In this document: piece after piece, positions 12,415 through 25,862 of the stretch
Layout: the number at the start of each line of letters is the position of its first letter
Numbering within the stretch: position 1 is the first letter of the stretch
Origin: Octopus vulgaris
Taxonomy: Eukaryota
Assembly: GCA_951406725.2 (NCBI GenBank)
Contig: OX597814.1
Coordinates: 190,154,001 to 190,218,000 of the forward strand
Direction of reading: 5' to 3'
DNA length: 64,000 bases
The notes under the pieces: generated by a model
Database searches by the model: none
Seen by the model: only the letters and a program-made list of their open reading frames with translations
What the model was told of the DNA's origin: nothing
Made by a program: the position numbers and the translations under genes

Positions 12415-12600
12415 TTTGGGTAGTAAAGAAATAGGTATTCCGTCTGTCTTTACGCTCTGAGTTCAAATTCCGCCGAGGTCGACTTTGCATTTCATCCTTT
12501 CGAGGTTGATGAATTAAGTACCAGTTGCGCACGGGGGGCGATCTAATCGACTGGCCTCTCCCCCCCAAAATTTCAGGTCTTGTGCCTAGAGTAGAAAAGA
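12415..12600 (+). mobile_element. SINE family C (Meta/MESC-core-like) fragment
   Basis: gagttcaaattccgccgaggtcgactttgcatttcatcctttcgaggttgatgaattaagtaccag core. Confidence 0.8.
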
Positions 12601-13040
12601 ATAGTTTATCAAAAATATTTTCGCCAATTGCAATATCTATAACAGTAAAGGTTACATCGTTTGGTGTCGAGCAAAATGTTTTGAGCTATTCAGCTGAGTC
12701 CTTTTGTATCCTCGGTTCAAATACTGCAGAAGTGCAATTTGCAATTAATCCTTCCAGGAGGCGATAAATGGCTACCGGTTGCCAGGTAAATTTATATATC
12801 ATCAGCCAAAATCTAGATTTGTGCCAATGTAAGAAATCATCAATTGCAAAATTGTATTAGAATTTTCATGTGCATGTTTGTATGTATATGTGTGTGTGTA
12901 CATATGTGTGTGTGTAGATAGAAAGATAACACACACGAGCATGTGCATGAAATCTATATAAATTCTTTGACTATGCATATTCATGTATATGTATATATAT
13001 ATTTATAAGCATAGCTGTATGTGTGTGTGTATATGCATGG

Positions 13041-13092
<52 letters not shown>

Positions 13093-13261
13093 TGTGTGTG
13101 TGTGTGTGTGTATTCTGTGTTAATTTCCATGCTTCTATTGATTAAGCTAATTTTAATCTTTTTTTTCTATTGATTTGCGGCAATAGATCGAGTACCTCTC
13201 TCGTCAATAATCCAATTTTGCATGATCGCGAAAAGAAGAAACAAAGAAAAATTGTGTATGT

Positions 13262-13320
<59 letters not shown>

Positions 13321-13984
13321 TACATGCACACGCGCGCACGCACACATACACATACATATATATATGTGTGTGTTTGTGTGTGTATGTGTGTATGTGTGTG
13401 CGTTTGTGTGTATGTACACACGTGCTTCGGCGAGTGTATGCAAGAATGTTCTTAACGAACAGTTACTAAAATCAATTAAAAGCTAAAGCGAATCACATCA
13501 CTTTTCGAAATCGCATTTCCTGTTCGAAAAACTGATGTTTGTAACGTGTTAGAATATATATGCTGTTCAAACAGCAACTGCATCACCATCGCCCTATCTG
13601 CATTAAAAGCTTGTGTAGTATTCCCATCAATTAGATTTCATTGATTTTCATCCTCAATTAAATGCAACAGTAACGATAGATTTCTGCCAAGCTCTTACAA
13701 ATCAGAAAGAAAAATTAAATTAGCCGTAACTACTAGCATCAATCTTCTAGAGGAAGTAACGGAGTTAAAACCAGTTTAGTTTCTTATATAATTTACAAGC
13801 TATCTAATTCATAGCCGGACATCATGCAACAGATTTACACAGAATGTGCACCGGAGAAATTAGTGGATAAACATGACTTTTACAAACTGTTTTCTCCAGA
13901 GGATAGTAGTTCAGTATGTAGAAAGAATGTATCTGAAACTGTGGTTGTTGCAAAGATGTCATCAAAATTAAATGAGATTATTTG

Positions 13985-14404
13985 GGATCTTTTCGGTTTG
14001 AACGACAGTTTTTAAAAATAATTTCCACGTAACTAAACACTTTTAAACTTCGTATACTGGTAGAATGTGTTTATAAAATATCTTTTTCTATTGGCTTTAT
14101 TGAGAAAATTCTATAGTTTGTAAGACATTTGTTGTTGTTTTTCTTCAATTTCTGCAATTTCAACCAATCACTTACGTCTATTGAGGTAAAAAAAACATTC
14201 TGTGCCGTATGAATATGTCCCTCGTTTAAGAAACAGATTGGGTTTATTTACATTTGTGAAAAAAAAAGATACCCTTCCCCCCACCACTAACCCTAATCCT
14301 AACCCTAAAACAGATTGAAATGCAATAGATCGATACTAGGGTCATAATTATGGGTGACAATTTCATATGACACTGCTAGAAAAAACTGCAGTTCAAACCG
14401 AGAT
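13985..14404. mobile_element. Second copy of the 328-743 MITE, inverted, right TIR damaged
   Basis: Reverse-complement homology along its length, including ctaaccctaatcctaaccctaa at about 14287-14308. Confidence 0.88.
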
Positions 14405-14504
14405 TTGGTATATTCCATAACAGTGCAGGTTTTTTTGATGTTGGTTTATTTCGTATTTTTTTATTTATTTCTATAAAAGCATTTGGCTAACTTACGTATA
14501 ACTT

Positions 14505-14720
14505 GTGGAAGCGTAATGGCCCAGTGGGTAGGGCAGTGGACTCGCGGTCGGAGTGATCGCGGTTTCGATTCCCAGACCGGGTGTTGTGTGTGTTTATTGT
14601 GCGAAAACACCTAAAGCTCCACGAGGCACCAGCAGGGGGTGGTGGCGGCCCCTGTTGTACTCTTTCGTCCCAACTTTCTCTCACTTTTTCTTCCTGTTTC
14701 TTGGGTTACGGTGCGTTGGA
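14505..14720 (+). mobile_element. tRNA-SINE family D
   Basis: A box TGGCCCAGTGG, B box GGTTTCGATTCC; homologous to 58255-58553. Confidence 0.8.
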
Positions 14721-15475
14721 CTGGCATTTCCTGTAAGTGTTCGGGAATGTCAACTGTTGTCAAGGTTAAAAATAAGAGTTATAGAAGGGTGTTAAATTAA
14801 ACTTATCAAACACACTCATAGACGAAACACACTCATAGACCAAACACACTCATACACCAAACACACTCAGGGACCAAATGTTGCTAACACATCGTCGTCG
14901 TCGCCATCATCATCAGTTATCTACTGAAGATTTTGTGCCCTTAGAGTGTATCTATCGAATAAGAACAGAAAGAGTTTTAAATTCGGTACCATTTCTTTGG
15001 GCGATGGCTATTAACCTCACTGAAAGTGCTTACTTCTAAATAATGATGTATGGTATTCTAGTAGGGGTATGGAATTCAGAACACATAAACCCGAGATATC
15101 GACAGTCAAATAATTCCGCTAATCTATCCAACTCGACTGGGGATAATTAATCAACTCCAAACGGATATAGAAGGCAAACTGACATCCTATTACCTACAGC
15201 ACCTCATTCTAACTACTTATTAAACAACCAATTAAAACCCAAAACAAGGCTACTTTCTAAAATTTCTTGTTGCAGAACTTACAAGTTTTCTCAACCTTGG
15301 GCAGTGTCTTTTTGATTCTCAACAAGATACACACATAAGGTATTTCTCACACATATTCAAATTCTAGGTTTCATTCAAACAACAGGTCGTCCAGCTGATA
15401 AACAAGTCCTCACGCACCTGCTTGCTCTAACTACTCTCTCAGTTACAGCAGTTTTCCCTTTTACAGCTAAATGTA

Positions 15476-15895
15476 TACCTATTCCTTTACTACCCACAAA
15501 GGGGCTAAACACAGAGGGGACAAACAAGGACAGACAAACGAATTAAGTCGATTACATCGACCCCAGTGCATAACTGGTACTTATTTAATCGACCTCGAAA
15601 GGATGAAAGGCAAAGTTGACCTCGGTAGAACTTGAACTCAGAACGTAACGGCAGACGAAATACTTATTTCTTTACTACTCACAAGGGGCTAAACACAGAG
15701 AGGACAAACAAGGACAGACAAACGGATTAAGTCGATTATATCGACCCCAGTGCATAACTGGGACTTTATTTATCGACCCCGAAAGGATAAAAAGCAAAGT
15801 CGACCTCGGCGAAATTTGAACAAAGAACGTAACGGCAGACGAAATACGGCTACGCAGTTCGCCCGGCGTGCTAACGTTTCTGCCAGCTTGCCGCC
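15476..15895 (-). mobile_element. SINE family C head-to-tail dimer
   Basis: Full unit 15664-15895 plus a headless unit 15476-15663. Confidence 0.9.
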
Positions 15896-17039
15896 TAATA
15901 TCATTACATTATCACCATTCAATATATTCCTCTTTATTTCATACGTCTAACCCACTGCATTTCATTTTATTTGATCTCATATTAAACTTGTAACCAGCAT
16001 ATTTTTCTCAGAACCGCATCAGTCTGATATTCCATCTATCCCTGTCGTTTCCCTTCGGCCATTAACCTGACAGAATTCAAAGCAAACCTTACCATACTTA
16101 TATCACCTAGTTATTTCTACTTCGTAGCTTTGATTGCTTGAAAAGCTTTTTGAGTATGTCTCTTCTCTTCATACGAGCTATTATAATAAAGTTTTATTCA
16201 CTAAAACTGTTTCTGTCGTTTAAATGAGTAGTTTATCATTTTGAGGGGGTTTTTTCGTTATTCTTTTGTTTCCGTTTGATTTCTTTTGTTTTTCTGTAGT
16301 TTTATGTGTGTGCTTTTCTGGGGAAACTTCTGTTCATTTATGCAGTTCATTTATGTTTTGTGAAAGAAAAAAGAAACAAAGAAATAAATATTTTATTTCT
16401 AAGACGTGGACAGAATGTATATAGACATTAGTAATATGCAATTATTGTCTGCTGAACTCACTAGAAACTTTTATATTGGAAGGCACGATGTTTATTTATT
16501 TCTAACTATGTAACAGAACGTGTATATGTGTGTATAAATGTAAGAATGTACGTGTTGTTTGTATATCGTTGTTTATGCTTACAACCTCGTATATAAATGT
16601 TTGTATATACTTCTGCATTGTTTATTTTTGAGCAATTATATATGGATATAAATGCCTGATTGATTGATTGGCTACCTGTCAGTGAATCGTCTGCTAGCAT
16701 TGAAAATATATTAGTCTCACGCGGGAAATAATCTATACTCGAAGTTTTGTTGCTAAAGCATTCGGCAGTTATTTAACAGATTTAATGTTATCATAAACAT
16801 CATTCTATAAAAAAATGTTAGATCTTTTATTCAAATTTATATTCAATTTAGTCATTTAATGTCAAGACACAAAGAACTGTAGTTGCCCTTAACTCCGATC
16901 TTCAAATCCCTGTTGCCTCTACAAGACTGGGGAAATATTTCGAATCACGTACATATTCTTTTCTGTCATTTATGCATAAATCCCTAATTTTAATTTTGAC
17001 CGGCTACCTACATGGTAGCAAGGTTATAAAGGAAAGCAT

Positions 17040-17475
17040 CTTGTTTTAACCATCATCATTTCGATCTTAAGAAGGAATTGCAGAGTTTTATAGTTCCAGA
17101 TATCGTGGTCATTGAAGCGTATGAATTAAGGATTTGCGTTCTCGCTTCAAGATACCAAGTTCAGTTATACTTTACTCCAGACTGGTCGGTACGTATATTG
17201 TTGTTCCAATAATAATCGGTATGAAACTGAAGGTGTATCTTGGGTACTGGATTTGCAAACTCCTTGTCAATGGTCCATAGATGTTCTCTTTCTCTTGTGT
17301 TTTTCTAACGACATTGGTGTCCAGAGGGCAGTTGATTCCACAACAGAACATATTTTTTTCTTTGTGGTTCCTTACAACAATATCTGACCGGTTGGTGGCT
17401 GTTTTGATTTTTAATTTCCACCAATATTCTTTTGAGCCATCAGGCTCAACATGGTCAACTTCGGTTGACAGTGCT
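17040..17475 (-). pseudogene. Restriction-like endonuclease domain fragment of an R4/Dong/HERO-type non-LTR retrotransposon
   Basis: WW....NRSDIVV.NHKEK..CCGINCPLDTNV..KTQEKENIYGPL...Q.QYPRY.FSFIPIIIG resembles the RPD(I/L)V...D..CP.D..KE.EK..KY..L..IP(I/V)V(I/V)G PD-(D/E)xK motif. Confidence 0.75.
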
Positions 17476-17529
17476 TTTATGAATGTATGTATATATGTTA
17501 ACACCCCAAGCAGACCCACACATGTACAC

Positions 17530-17651
<122 letters not shown>

Positions 17652-18299
17652 ATGTACATGTATGTTGGGGAAAGTGTTTGCCTTTCTTCACTTTTGCGAG
17701 TGGGTTTGTTTAAAGACAATAACACTTCCCTGTGCCTCAAGGAATGCGGTGCCTCGAGCCAATTCCTATCCCTTAAATAGCAATTTCCAACTTATACTCG
17801 AGGCATAAATTCTAAAACGATTACGAAAGCACACTCATTCATTCGTTTTTGTTTTAAACATTCGATAAAATATGAAATGTTCGTATATAAATCATCGACA
17901 TAAAAGCCACAGCACAACATTTGCAGCAAGTAGTATCCGAGGAATATTTACCTATGGACAAGTATCGAATTTTAAGTGCAGCCCATTGGAATATCCAAGA
18001 CATAATTAGCAGAAGTTCATTTCTTTTGCTTTCTTGTACTATATGTTCCCAAAATACGTTACAATAGTAAAGGGATAGGAACTACTTCTCTAGTGCTCCA
18101 GAATGGCCGCAGTCAAATGACTGAAGCAAGTAAAAGAATAAAGGAATATTAATGAAATAATGACAAAACCTGTAGTTACTTGATTTGTGAGGAAAAAAGT
18201 TCACTCTGGCTCACACAAGGCCGTCATAATTTTCAAAATGGGAAGACCAAACAAAACAGAATAGTCTTAGGTACACTGTGCCTCTAGAACCCTCTAAAC

Positions 18300-19285
18300 C
18301 GGAAAATTTGGGGTAGGAAGCTAATCGATTACGTTGACCCCAATATTCACATTGACTTCGGAAGGGTGAAAAGCGAAGTCGACCTCTGCGAAATTTGAAC
18401 TCAGACAGTCGAAATTACACTAAGCATTTTATCCGGTGTGCAGACGATTCCACAGCTTGGTAGAATAAAACAATAAATGGCAATGGATGGAACGCTTTTG
18501 ATCATGAGTCAGTTTGATCTATAATGATCTGCAGCTACACAATATCTGATGCTAAATTTATCCATCCCTGGGAAAGAAGCTGCAAGATCATGCGAATGTA
18601 TGTAAAGAGCTATAAAGCTATAATGCCCCATCGCAACTTTCAGTCAACAACTAATATTGGTTTCAAATTTTGGTACGAGGCCAGTAATTTCGTAGGGTCA
18701 GAGTAAGTCTATTACATTGATCCAGTGCTCGAACGGCACTTATTTTATCGACCCCGAAAAGATAAAAGGCGAAGTCGACCTCGGCAGAATTTGCACCCAA
18801 AACGTAAAGACGGACGGAATTGTGCTAAGCATTCTCCCTCGACGTGCTAACGTTTCTTATTTCTTATTTCTTTACTGCCCACAAGGGGCTACACACAGAA
18901 GGGACGAACAAGGACAGACAAACGGATTAAGTCGATTATGTCGACCCCAGTGTGTAACTGGTACTTAATTTATCGACCCCGAAAGGGTGAAAGGCAACGT
19001 CGACCTCGGCGGATTTGAACTCAGAACGTAACGACAAACGAAATACCTATTTCTTTACTACCCACAAGGGGATAAATATAGAGTGGACAGACACGAACAG
19101 ACAAACGGAATCCTTAGTGACTTTCGTCTGTCTTTACGTTCTGAGTTCAAATTCCACCGATGTCAACTTTACCTTTAATCCTTCCAGGGTAGATAAAATA
19201 AGTACCAGTTGAACACTGGGGTTGCTGTAATCGACTTATACCCTTACCCGAAATTGCTGATATTGTGGCAAAATTTGAAACCGGC
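18300..19285. mobile_element. Cluster of SINE family C units (minus-strand multimer 18650-19110; plus-strand unit 19120-19285)
   Basis: Repeated gaccccgaaagg.tgaaaggc.aagtcgacctcggc core. Confidence 0.85.
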
Positions 19286-20001
19286 ATTCTACTTGAAGTC
19301 AATATAGACTTACTAATGTAAAATATTATCATTAGATTTTCGATAACTTGTGTGTTAGCTACGTATGAATAAATTATGAATTATTCATAATTAACTTGTC
19401 TTTATATAAACGGAGTAATTAAGACATCCAAATGGTTAATTAAACTTCATTAGTTGCCACCTTGGTATTTGTATCCTCTAACAAATCCTAACTGGGCTAC
19501 AGAGAATTTAATTACTAGTTAATTAAGATATTACAAATTAAATTAAAGTTTTCTACATGCTTATATACAAATATATATGCATATGTATGTATGTATGTAT
19601 GTAAGGATATATAAGTGTCTGTGTGTGCATATGTGTATATATATATATACACATGTGTGTATATATATACATACACACAGACACACACACACACACACAT
19701 TTATATTTCAGGTGTACGTATATACATTTCAGAGATGAGTATACTTAATAGTGATTTGATCTCAGGCTGTTTTGAAAGTGAAATAGTTAGATCGTAGAAG
19801 AAATACGATAGATTTATGTCAGTTACCTGGTAGTAAAGAGCGACAAAACTTTTTGGCACTTCATAGTAGACAGTATTTTTAGGAAACAAATGAAATGGAA
19901 GTGAAAAAATGGTTTTCTGTTCATAGATGGATAAAAGGACTCTTCCACGATATAACTGTTATACATTTTCAATTTAGAAATACTAAATCAAATTTCACAA
20001 A

Positions 20002-20079
<78 letters not shown>

Positions 20080-20296
20080 AAAAAACACCTTTTATCAATT
20101 CAATAACGAAAAGTTAAATTATACCATTTAGAAAATTACATATTATAGAAGTATAAGGTAAAACATATATTTTATTTTGCACATTACTTAATTATTGTTA
20201 TATGTTTTATCTTATATTTGATCTTTCTATAATATGTCATTTTCTAAATGGTGTAATTTAATTTTTCATTATTGAATTGATAAAAGGTGTTTTTTT
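20080..20296. repeat. AT-rich fold-back, ~90-bp imperfect arms
   Basis: aaaaaacaccttttatcaattcaataa...aaaacatata versus tatatgtttt...ttattgaattgataaaaggtgtttttt. Confidence 0.85.
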
Positions 20297-20475
20297 CTAA
20301 TTTGTATATATATATATTATCGCTATGGGCTGTGTGAGCGGTCATCTAAAAGTTTTTTGTGCATCTTGATGTTGACATAAGTTCCTTGCTTTTCCTTCGC
20401 TATTAGGAATATGCAGCCTTCGAAACATATGTCGAAAATAAAGGAATTTTGTTAATTCGTCGTTCAACTCCATTC

Positions 20476-20534
<59 letters not shown>

Positions 20535-20536
<2 letters not shown>

Positions 20537-21880
20537 AAGGACAGAACACGAACACAAATATAAAGAAGGAAAAAAAGAAAAAGGCAAAGATAAAATTGAA
20601 ACCCTAACCCACCAAACAAAATACGGAAAACTCCATGGAGGATCCAATGCAATCCAAAACCATAGAGGAGAGAAGAAATTTGGTTCGCACTCAAAGACCT
20701 GCAAGGCAGATGTTGGCATGGGGAAGATAGCAAAAACTGCCGGTTTGATCACCCGAGACCACGCAAAAACTACAGGGGCCTTAGGGAGAAAAACTTACCT
20801 GAGGAATGACAACAGTCGCCAAAGAAAAAATATACAAAAGAAGTGCACTCCTCAGCGGTCATGCGGAAGGTAGCAGCTGAGTAAGAGTCTTTTTTGTGCA
20901 TGGCGCAAAAGATTGTGAAGCAGCTAACCTGGCTAGACCAAGCGCAAACAAGGGACCTTGCCCACCACTACGCAAGACCACCACAGTCAACACTCACGGG
21001 ATGGCCTCCCCTAACAACTGCACAGTCGTCACGCCAATATTTTTACTAAATATTAGGGGCCTGCTGCATCATAATAAAAGCAAAATCTGTTTCCTAAGAG
21101 ACCTTGCTGCATGCAATCAAGCCCTATGCATAGCAATTGTGGAAACTCGCCTCAGCCCTGATATAGAGGATGCAGAAGTACACGTACCAAAATATGCCAT
21201 ACTGCGAACAGACAGAAGGGAAAGGAGCCATGGAGGAGTTGCTGTATACATCCGTGATGATCTCACACCCCAGGTCTTACTATCATACTCAAATTCAGTA
21301 TGTGACACTCAAATTGTATGCATAACACAATATAGTCATATGCAATACATATTTCCCACCGGATGCTCCAAACCACATAAGCAAGTTTGAAGATTGCCTC
21401 ACAAGAAGTGAAGAAATATTCATGCAACTGGAACACAACCTGAGCGTATTTCTTATGGGTGAATTCAACTTCCCCAACGTCAAATTGCCCGAAGTTGTAC
21501 TCAGACCAACTAGGGCGAATAACATTTTGGATCTAGTCTTCACGAACAATATGAACATCGTTCATGATGTGAAAGTGACGCTAACATTAGTCTCGGATCA
21601 CAGCATGATAGAGCTGTCTATGTTTGGGCCGAAAGTAGCCAGAGACATACAGACTAAAAGAAGCACCCGAAATCTCTCTAATCTGAACTTCCACAAAGCA
21701 GACTGGAAATCGATCCAAAACGAGATCCTCAGACAGGACTGGCCGAAATGTCTGTCCACACCAGACATTGGCATGAAACTAAAATATTTCAAGCCATATG
21801 CCATAAATATGTCCTAGAGCACAAGGTCAAAACAAATAAAAAAAAGATTCCAAGGGAGAGGAAGATCCTCATGAGACGAC
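20535..21880 (+). mobile_element. CR1-clade LINE 5' fragment (ORF1 remnant plus APE endonuclease)
   Basis: LLNIRGL, IAIVETRL, RTDRRERSHGGVAVYIRD, MGEFNFP, PTRANNILDLVF, SDHSMI motifs; frameshifted and internally deleted. Confidence 0.9.
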
Positions 21881-22046
21881 TTATATATATGAATATGTAT
21901 ATATATAATATATATAGATAGATAGATAAATATACATAAACAATATCCCTACATATCTCACATCTATTTTCTTTTCTTTCCTCCACCTCACTCTCTTTTT
22001 TGTATCTTATCTAAATTAACTATTTCTTAATCGTCCTCTCACACCA

Positions 22047-22092
22047 TTTCCGATGAAGGGATATAATAAATATCCTGGAAACAGCTGTAAGA
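22047..22092 (+). ncRNA. Type I hammerhead motif, U4C core, in a pLTR-like fragment
   Basis: TTT-CCGATGA-A-GGGATAT(AATAA)ATATCCT-G-GAA-ACAGCTGT-A-AGA. Confidence 0.7.
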
Positions 22093-22176
22093 CCTTCTAT
22101 CTATAAATGTTCTAAAATCTACACAGCCTTGGTTATTTTTATCTCATTACGAAAAAGATTTTTATATATATATATA

Positions 22177-23451
22177 TAGGATGGGGAAGCAAAATTTACA
22201 ATGAACGTTAAGTTGTTTTTTCTCGGCAGGCACAAAGTCAATTGTTTTGAAACCTAGTATATATAGATGTCATAATCATACCTAATACTATTATCCTTAC
22301 TTTTTCAGAAACTTTTACCCATATTAGTAATCAGGAAGGCAAATGTCAAAGTGTGTGTGTGATTTGCTGAATGCACTCGACACACCAAAGGAGATTTCAA
22401 GAATAGTTGGAGTGTCCATAAAGACTGTTTATAATGTAAAGAATAGAATGACTATGAGCAAAGCTATTACGAGGAAGTCTGGAAGTGGATGAATCAACAA
22501 AAAACGTACCAAAGCTTTTATTAAAGCTCTCAAATCGAAAATCCTAAAGGATCCAACCAAATCTATGAGAAAAATGGCAATTGAACTTGAGGTAGACAAC
22601 AAGACCATTAGAAATGCAGTAAAATATGATTTGAGGTTAAAATCTTACACAAGAATACCAAAACACTTGTTGACAACAGCTATGAAGGAAAAGAGATTGG
22701 AAAGGTGCAAGATAATTATTACATGGTTCAAGAAAAAGTCCTCCATTGTAACGATCTTTTCAAATGAAAAGATCTTCACAGTCGATACTGTTCTGAACCG
22801 CAGAGATGACAGATTTATCGCAAAATCGACAGCCGAGATTAAGGGGACATTCAAAACAAAACATCCTGCTCAAGTTATGGCTTCCGATGGAAAGAAAATG
22901 CCTATAAAATTCTAGAAAGCTTATGAAAAGATCAATGTTAATACTTACTACAAGACTCTGAGATACCAGGTATTGCCATGCCTTAAAGCAAACTACCCAG
23001 ATAGTAATTATGTATGGACACAGGATGGTGCTCTAGCCCACACAGCTAGAAAAACACAAGATTTCTGCAAATCCAACTTTAGCAATTTTTTTGGAATCAT
23101 GTTTATGGCCGCCTTCTAGCCCAGATCTAAACACTCTGGATTATGCTATTTGGGGCATTTTAGAACATGCTACCAATAGAACATCACACAGCAATGCCGA
23201 CTCTCTTAAAGATACTATTAAAGAAGAATGAGAGAAGTTGTCTCCCGAAAATTTGAGGAACATTTGCGCAAGTTTCAGGAAGTGTGTGAAGGCAGTTATT
23301 GAGAAAGGAGGACACATAGAATAAAAACATTTTCTATTATGTAAATTTTCTTGTGGCAAATAAATTCTCATGACTTTCAATAAACTAATTGGTCATACAC
23401 TGTCTTTTAATCCCTGCCTCAAAATATTGTAAATTTTGCTTCCCCACCCTG
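22177..23451 (+). mobile_element. Full-length but defective Tc1/mariner-superfamily transposon, DD37D (maT) type
   Basis: TIRs (C/T)AGG(G/A)TGGGGAAGCAAAATTTACAAT, TA flanks; IFSNEKIFTVD, WTQDGALAHTA, WPPSSPDLNTLDYAIW with 37 residues between the second and third Asp after correcting one frameshift; internal stops. Confidence 0.93.
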
Positions 23452-23734
23452 TATATATATATATATATATATATCAAAAATTGTGAAGCATGACTGTCAA
23501 CACTACTACATGAACCCGAAGATTGCAGAATTCAATGCATGAAAGTACTAGTTCAATCAGAATGAATATTTAACATTCTACTATTTCATTTTATTTTATT
23601 CAATTATAATATATTATCTTATAATATATCATTATAAGATTGTAAATAAAACGTGAAAATCAGACAAGGTTGGAATTCTTTTTATTAATATATTCTTCTA
23701 TACACAATCACACACACCCATATATATATATATC

Positions 23735-23766
<32 letters not shown>

Positions 23767-23927
23767 CGTATTTTTGCCATTTCAATATGTCTAACCCCTA
23801 AGGGTGGATGCTACTGTAGTTTTTAGCCCCAGGAGGACACACTCCTCCAGCTGGCCATAGACACACTATCTGTGTCCTGTCAGTATTTGCAAAGGGAAGT
23901 CATCCTTCCCGTCTTCAACTTATGATA

Positions 23928-23972
23928 CACACGGACTCGAGTTTCGAGGTATTGACCTCTCGTCAGCGTGTG
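23928..23972 (-). ncRNA. Perfect type I hammerhead, copy 1
   Basis: CACACG-CTGACGA-GAGGT(CAAT)ACCTC-GAA-ACTCGAGT-C-CGTGTG; GUC cleavage between 23934 and 23933. Confidence 0.93.
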
Positions 23973-24280
23973 ACAATCATAGTTGTCGCCGAGAATTAGA
24001 TTACCTTCACAAATACTTATACTTTTTCCAGCGTCCACTGTCGCTGATATTGAAAAAGTGAAATCAAACAATGATAAATATCAAAGTGAGTTATATACAG
24101 TAGCGGTAACACATCGTGACGTATTTTTGCCATTTCAATATGGCTAAACCCTAAGGGTGGATGCTACTGTAGTTTTTAGCCCCAGGAGGACACACTCCTC
24201 CAGCTGGCCATAGACACACTATCTGTGTCCTGTCAGTATTTGCAAAGGGAAGTCATCCTTCCCGTCTTCAACTTATGATA

Positions 24281-24325
24281 CACACGGACTCGAGTTTCGA
24301 GGTATTGACCTCTCGTCAGCGTGTG
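24281..24325 (-). ncRNA. Perfect type I hammerhead, copy 2
   Basis: Identical to copy 1, offset by 353 bp. Confidence 0.93.
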
Positions 24326-24407
24326 ACAATCATAGTTGTCGCCGAGAATTAGATTTCCTTCACAAATACTTATACTTTTTCCAGCGTCCACTGTCGCTGA
24401 TATTGAA

Positions 24408-24482
<75 letters not shown>

Positions 24483-24600
24483 GAGGGCATTATTATACAT
24501 ACATGCCACACACTAAGAGGGACAAAATTAGTCATTTCTACCAAAAATTTTACTAATCCCACCGAATGCAATTTTTCAAAGTAAGACATTTAAAAATATG

Positions 24601-24647
24601 GACTTGTATCACCTGTGATTTCATACCTCTGTATTCATCAGCAAGTC
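24601..24647 (-). ncRNA. Perfect type I hammerhead of an unrelated family
   Basis: GACTTG-CTGATGA-ATAC(AGAG)GTAT-GAA-ATCAC(AG)GTGAT-A-CAAGTC; AUA cleavage triplet. Confidence 0.9.
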
Positions 24648-24916
24648 TGGACGTATCATAAATAAACGACCCTACATCGTCAAAGCCGGGCAGCCAAACT
24701 GATCAACATCAACGACGCACATGGGTTAGTTTACATATATTACATCCGGTAAATGGCAGACTTTTACGAATTGCATTTCGGGAAAGGAAAAGTTTTTTCG
24801 GAATAAAAATTTAGCAATTAAGGACAACTTCTTTTTTTCTCTTATGAGGTTTTTCACGCTATCTACCCGATAATTTCTTGTTAAGTTTTCCTTATTAAGA
24901 AGTTGTCCTTAATTGC

Positions 24917-24950
<34 letters not shown>

Positions 24951-24961
24951 TATATGAATAT

Positions 24962-25004
<43 letters not shown>

Positions 25005-25005
<1 letters not shown>

Positions 25006-25240
25006 AACTTAGTCTGCTCTAAAACAAAGGTTGACCACAAATATATTGTTACCTCCTCGAGTGAGAACAGGTATGGCTTTTGAGTCCGGAAACTCTCTTG
25101 AAAAAAACTTTCTACATGTATTGCAATCGTGTCTCTGTTCTAAATCTGTTATTTCGTAGCGCATTTTATGCATGCTTAGATGTCTTTGTAGACTTCGAAC
25201 GGATTTACATACGTTTTGATAAAAATTGCATAAAATGATG
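25005..25240 (-). mobile_element. Degenerate RTE-like 3' end with two C2H2-like fingers
   Basis: CNFYQNVCKSVRSLQRHLSMH, then CNTCRK with frameshifted SGLKSH; ends in a microsatellite. Confidence 0.5.
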
Positions 25241-25726
25241 GTATAGGGGGTTAATGTTGCAGACAGACATATATGGATTGTCTCACCATGCTGATGGAGC
25301 AACGTGGTTACAAATTCGGTATGGTATAATAGTGTTAGATAAATATATACCATAATTGATACTGTAATCGGATGAGTTTGAATAATGAATATGTGGAAAA
25401 AATTCGTAGAAAGAAAGGATAGAAGGTCAAGAAAAAGAATGTGAATGCTTATTTGATGGTGGTGGACAGAAGAAATGGATGATGAAATCATTGCTCCAGT
25501 TAGTTTGTTAAATGTAGGTTGATAAACATTGCCAAAGTGGGTTATATACAGTGAATGAAATTATTTATTGATTTTGTTATTGTTTAAGTTCATACCGGTA
25601 TGAATTAAAACACGACAGACAGACAGACAGACAGATAGACAGACAGACAGACAGGTAGGTAAGTAGGTAGGTAGGTAGGTAGGTAGGTAGGTAGGTAGGA
25701 GGTAAGGTAGGTAGGAGGTAAGTAGG

Positions 25727-25862
<136 letters not shown>

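Larger units (their letters stand above)
23763..24408 (-). mobile_element. Retrozyme-like tandem repeat (353-bp unit, ~1.8 copies) between (TA)n tracts
   Basis: 23763-24055 recurs nearly identically at 24116-24408; each copy holds a perfect HHR; no credible ORF. Confidence 0.85.

Noticed and set aside
14807-14878. CRISPR-like array
   Set aside because: Four adjacent 17-bp units without spacers, in eukaryotic DNA; a minisatellite.
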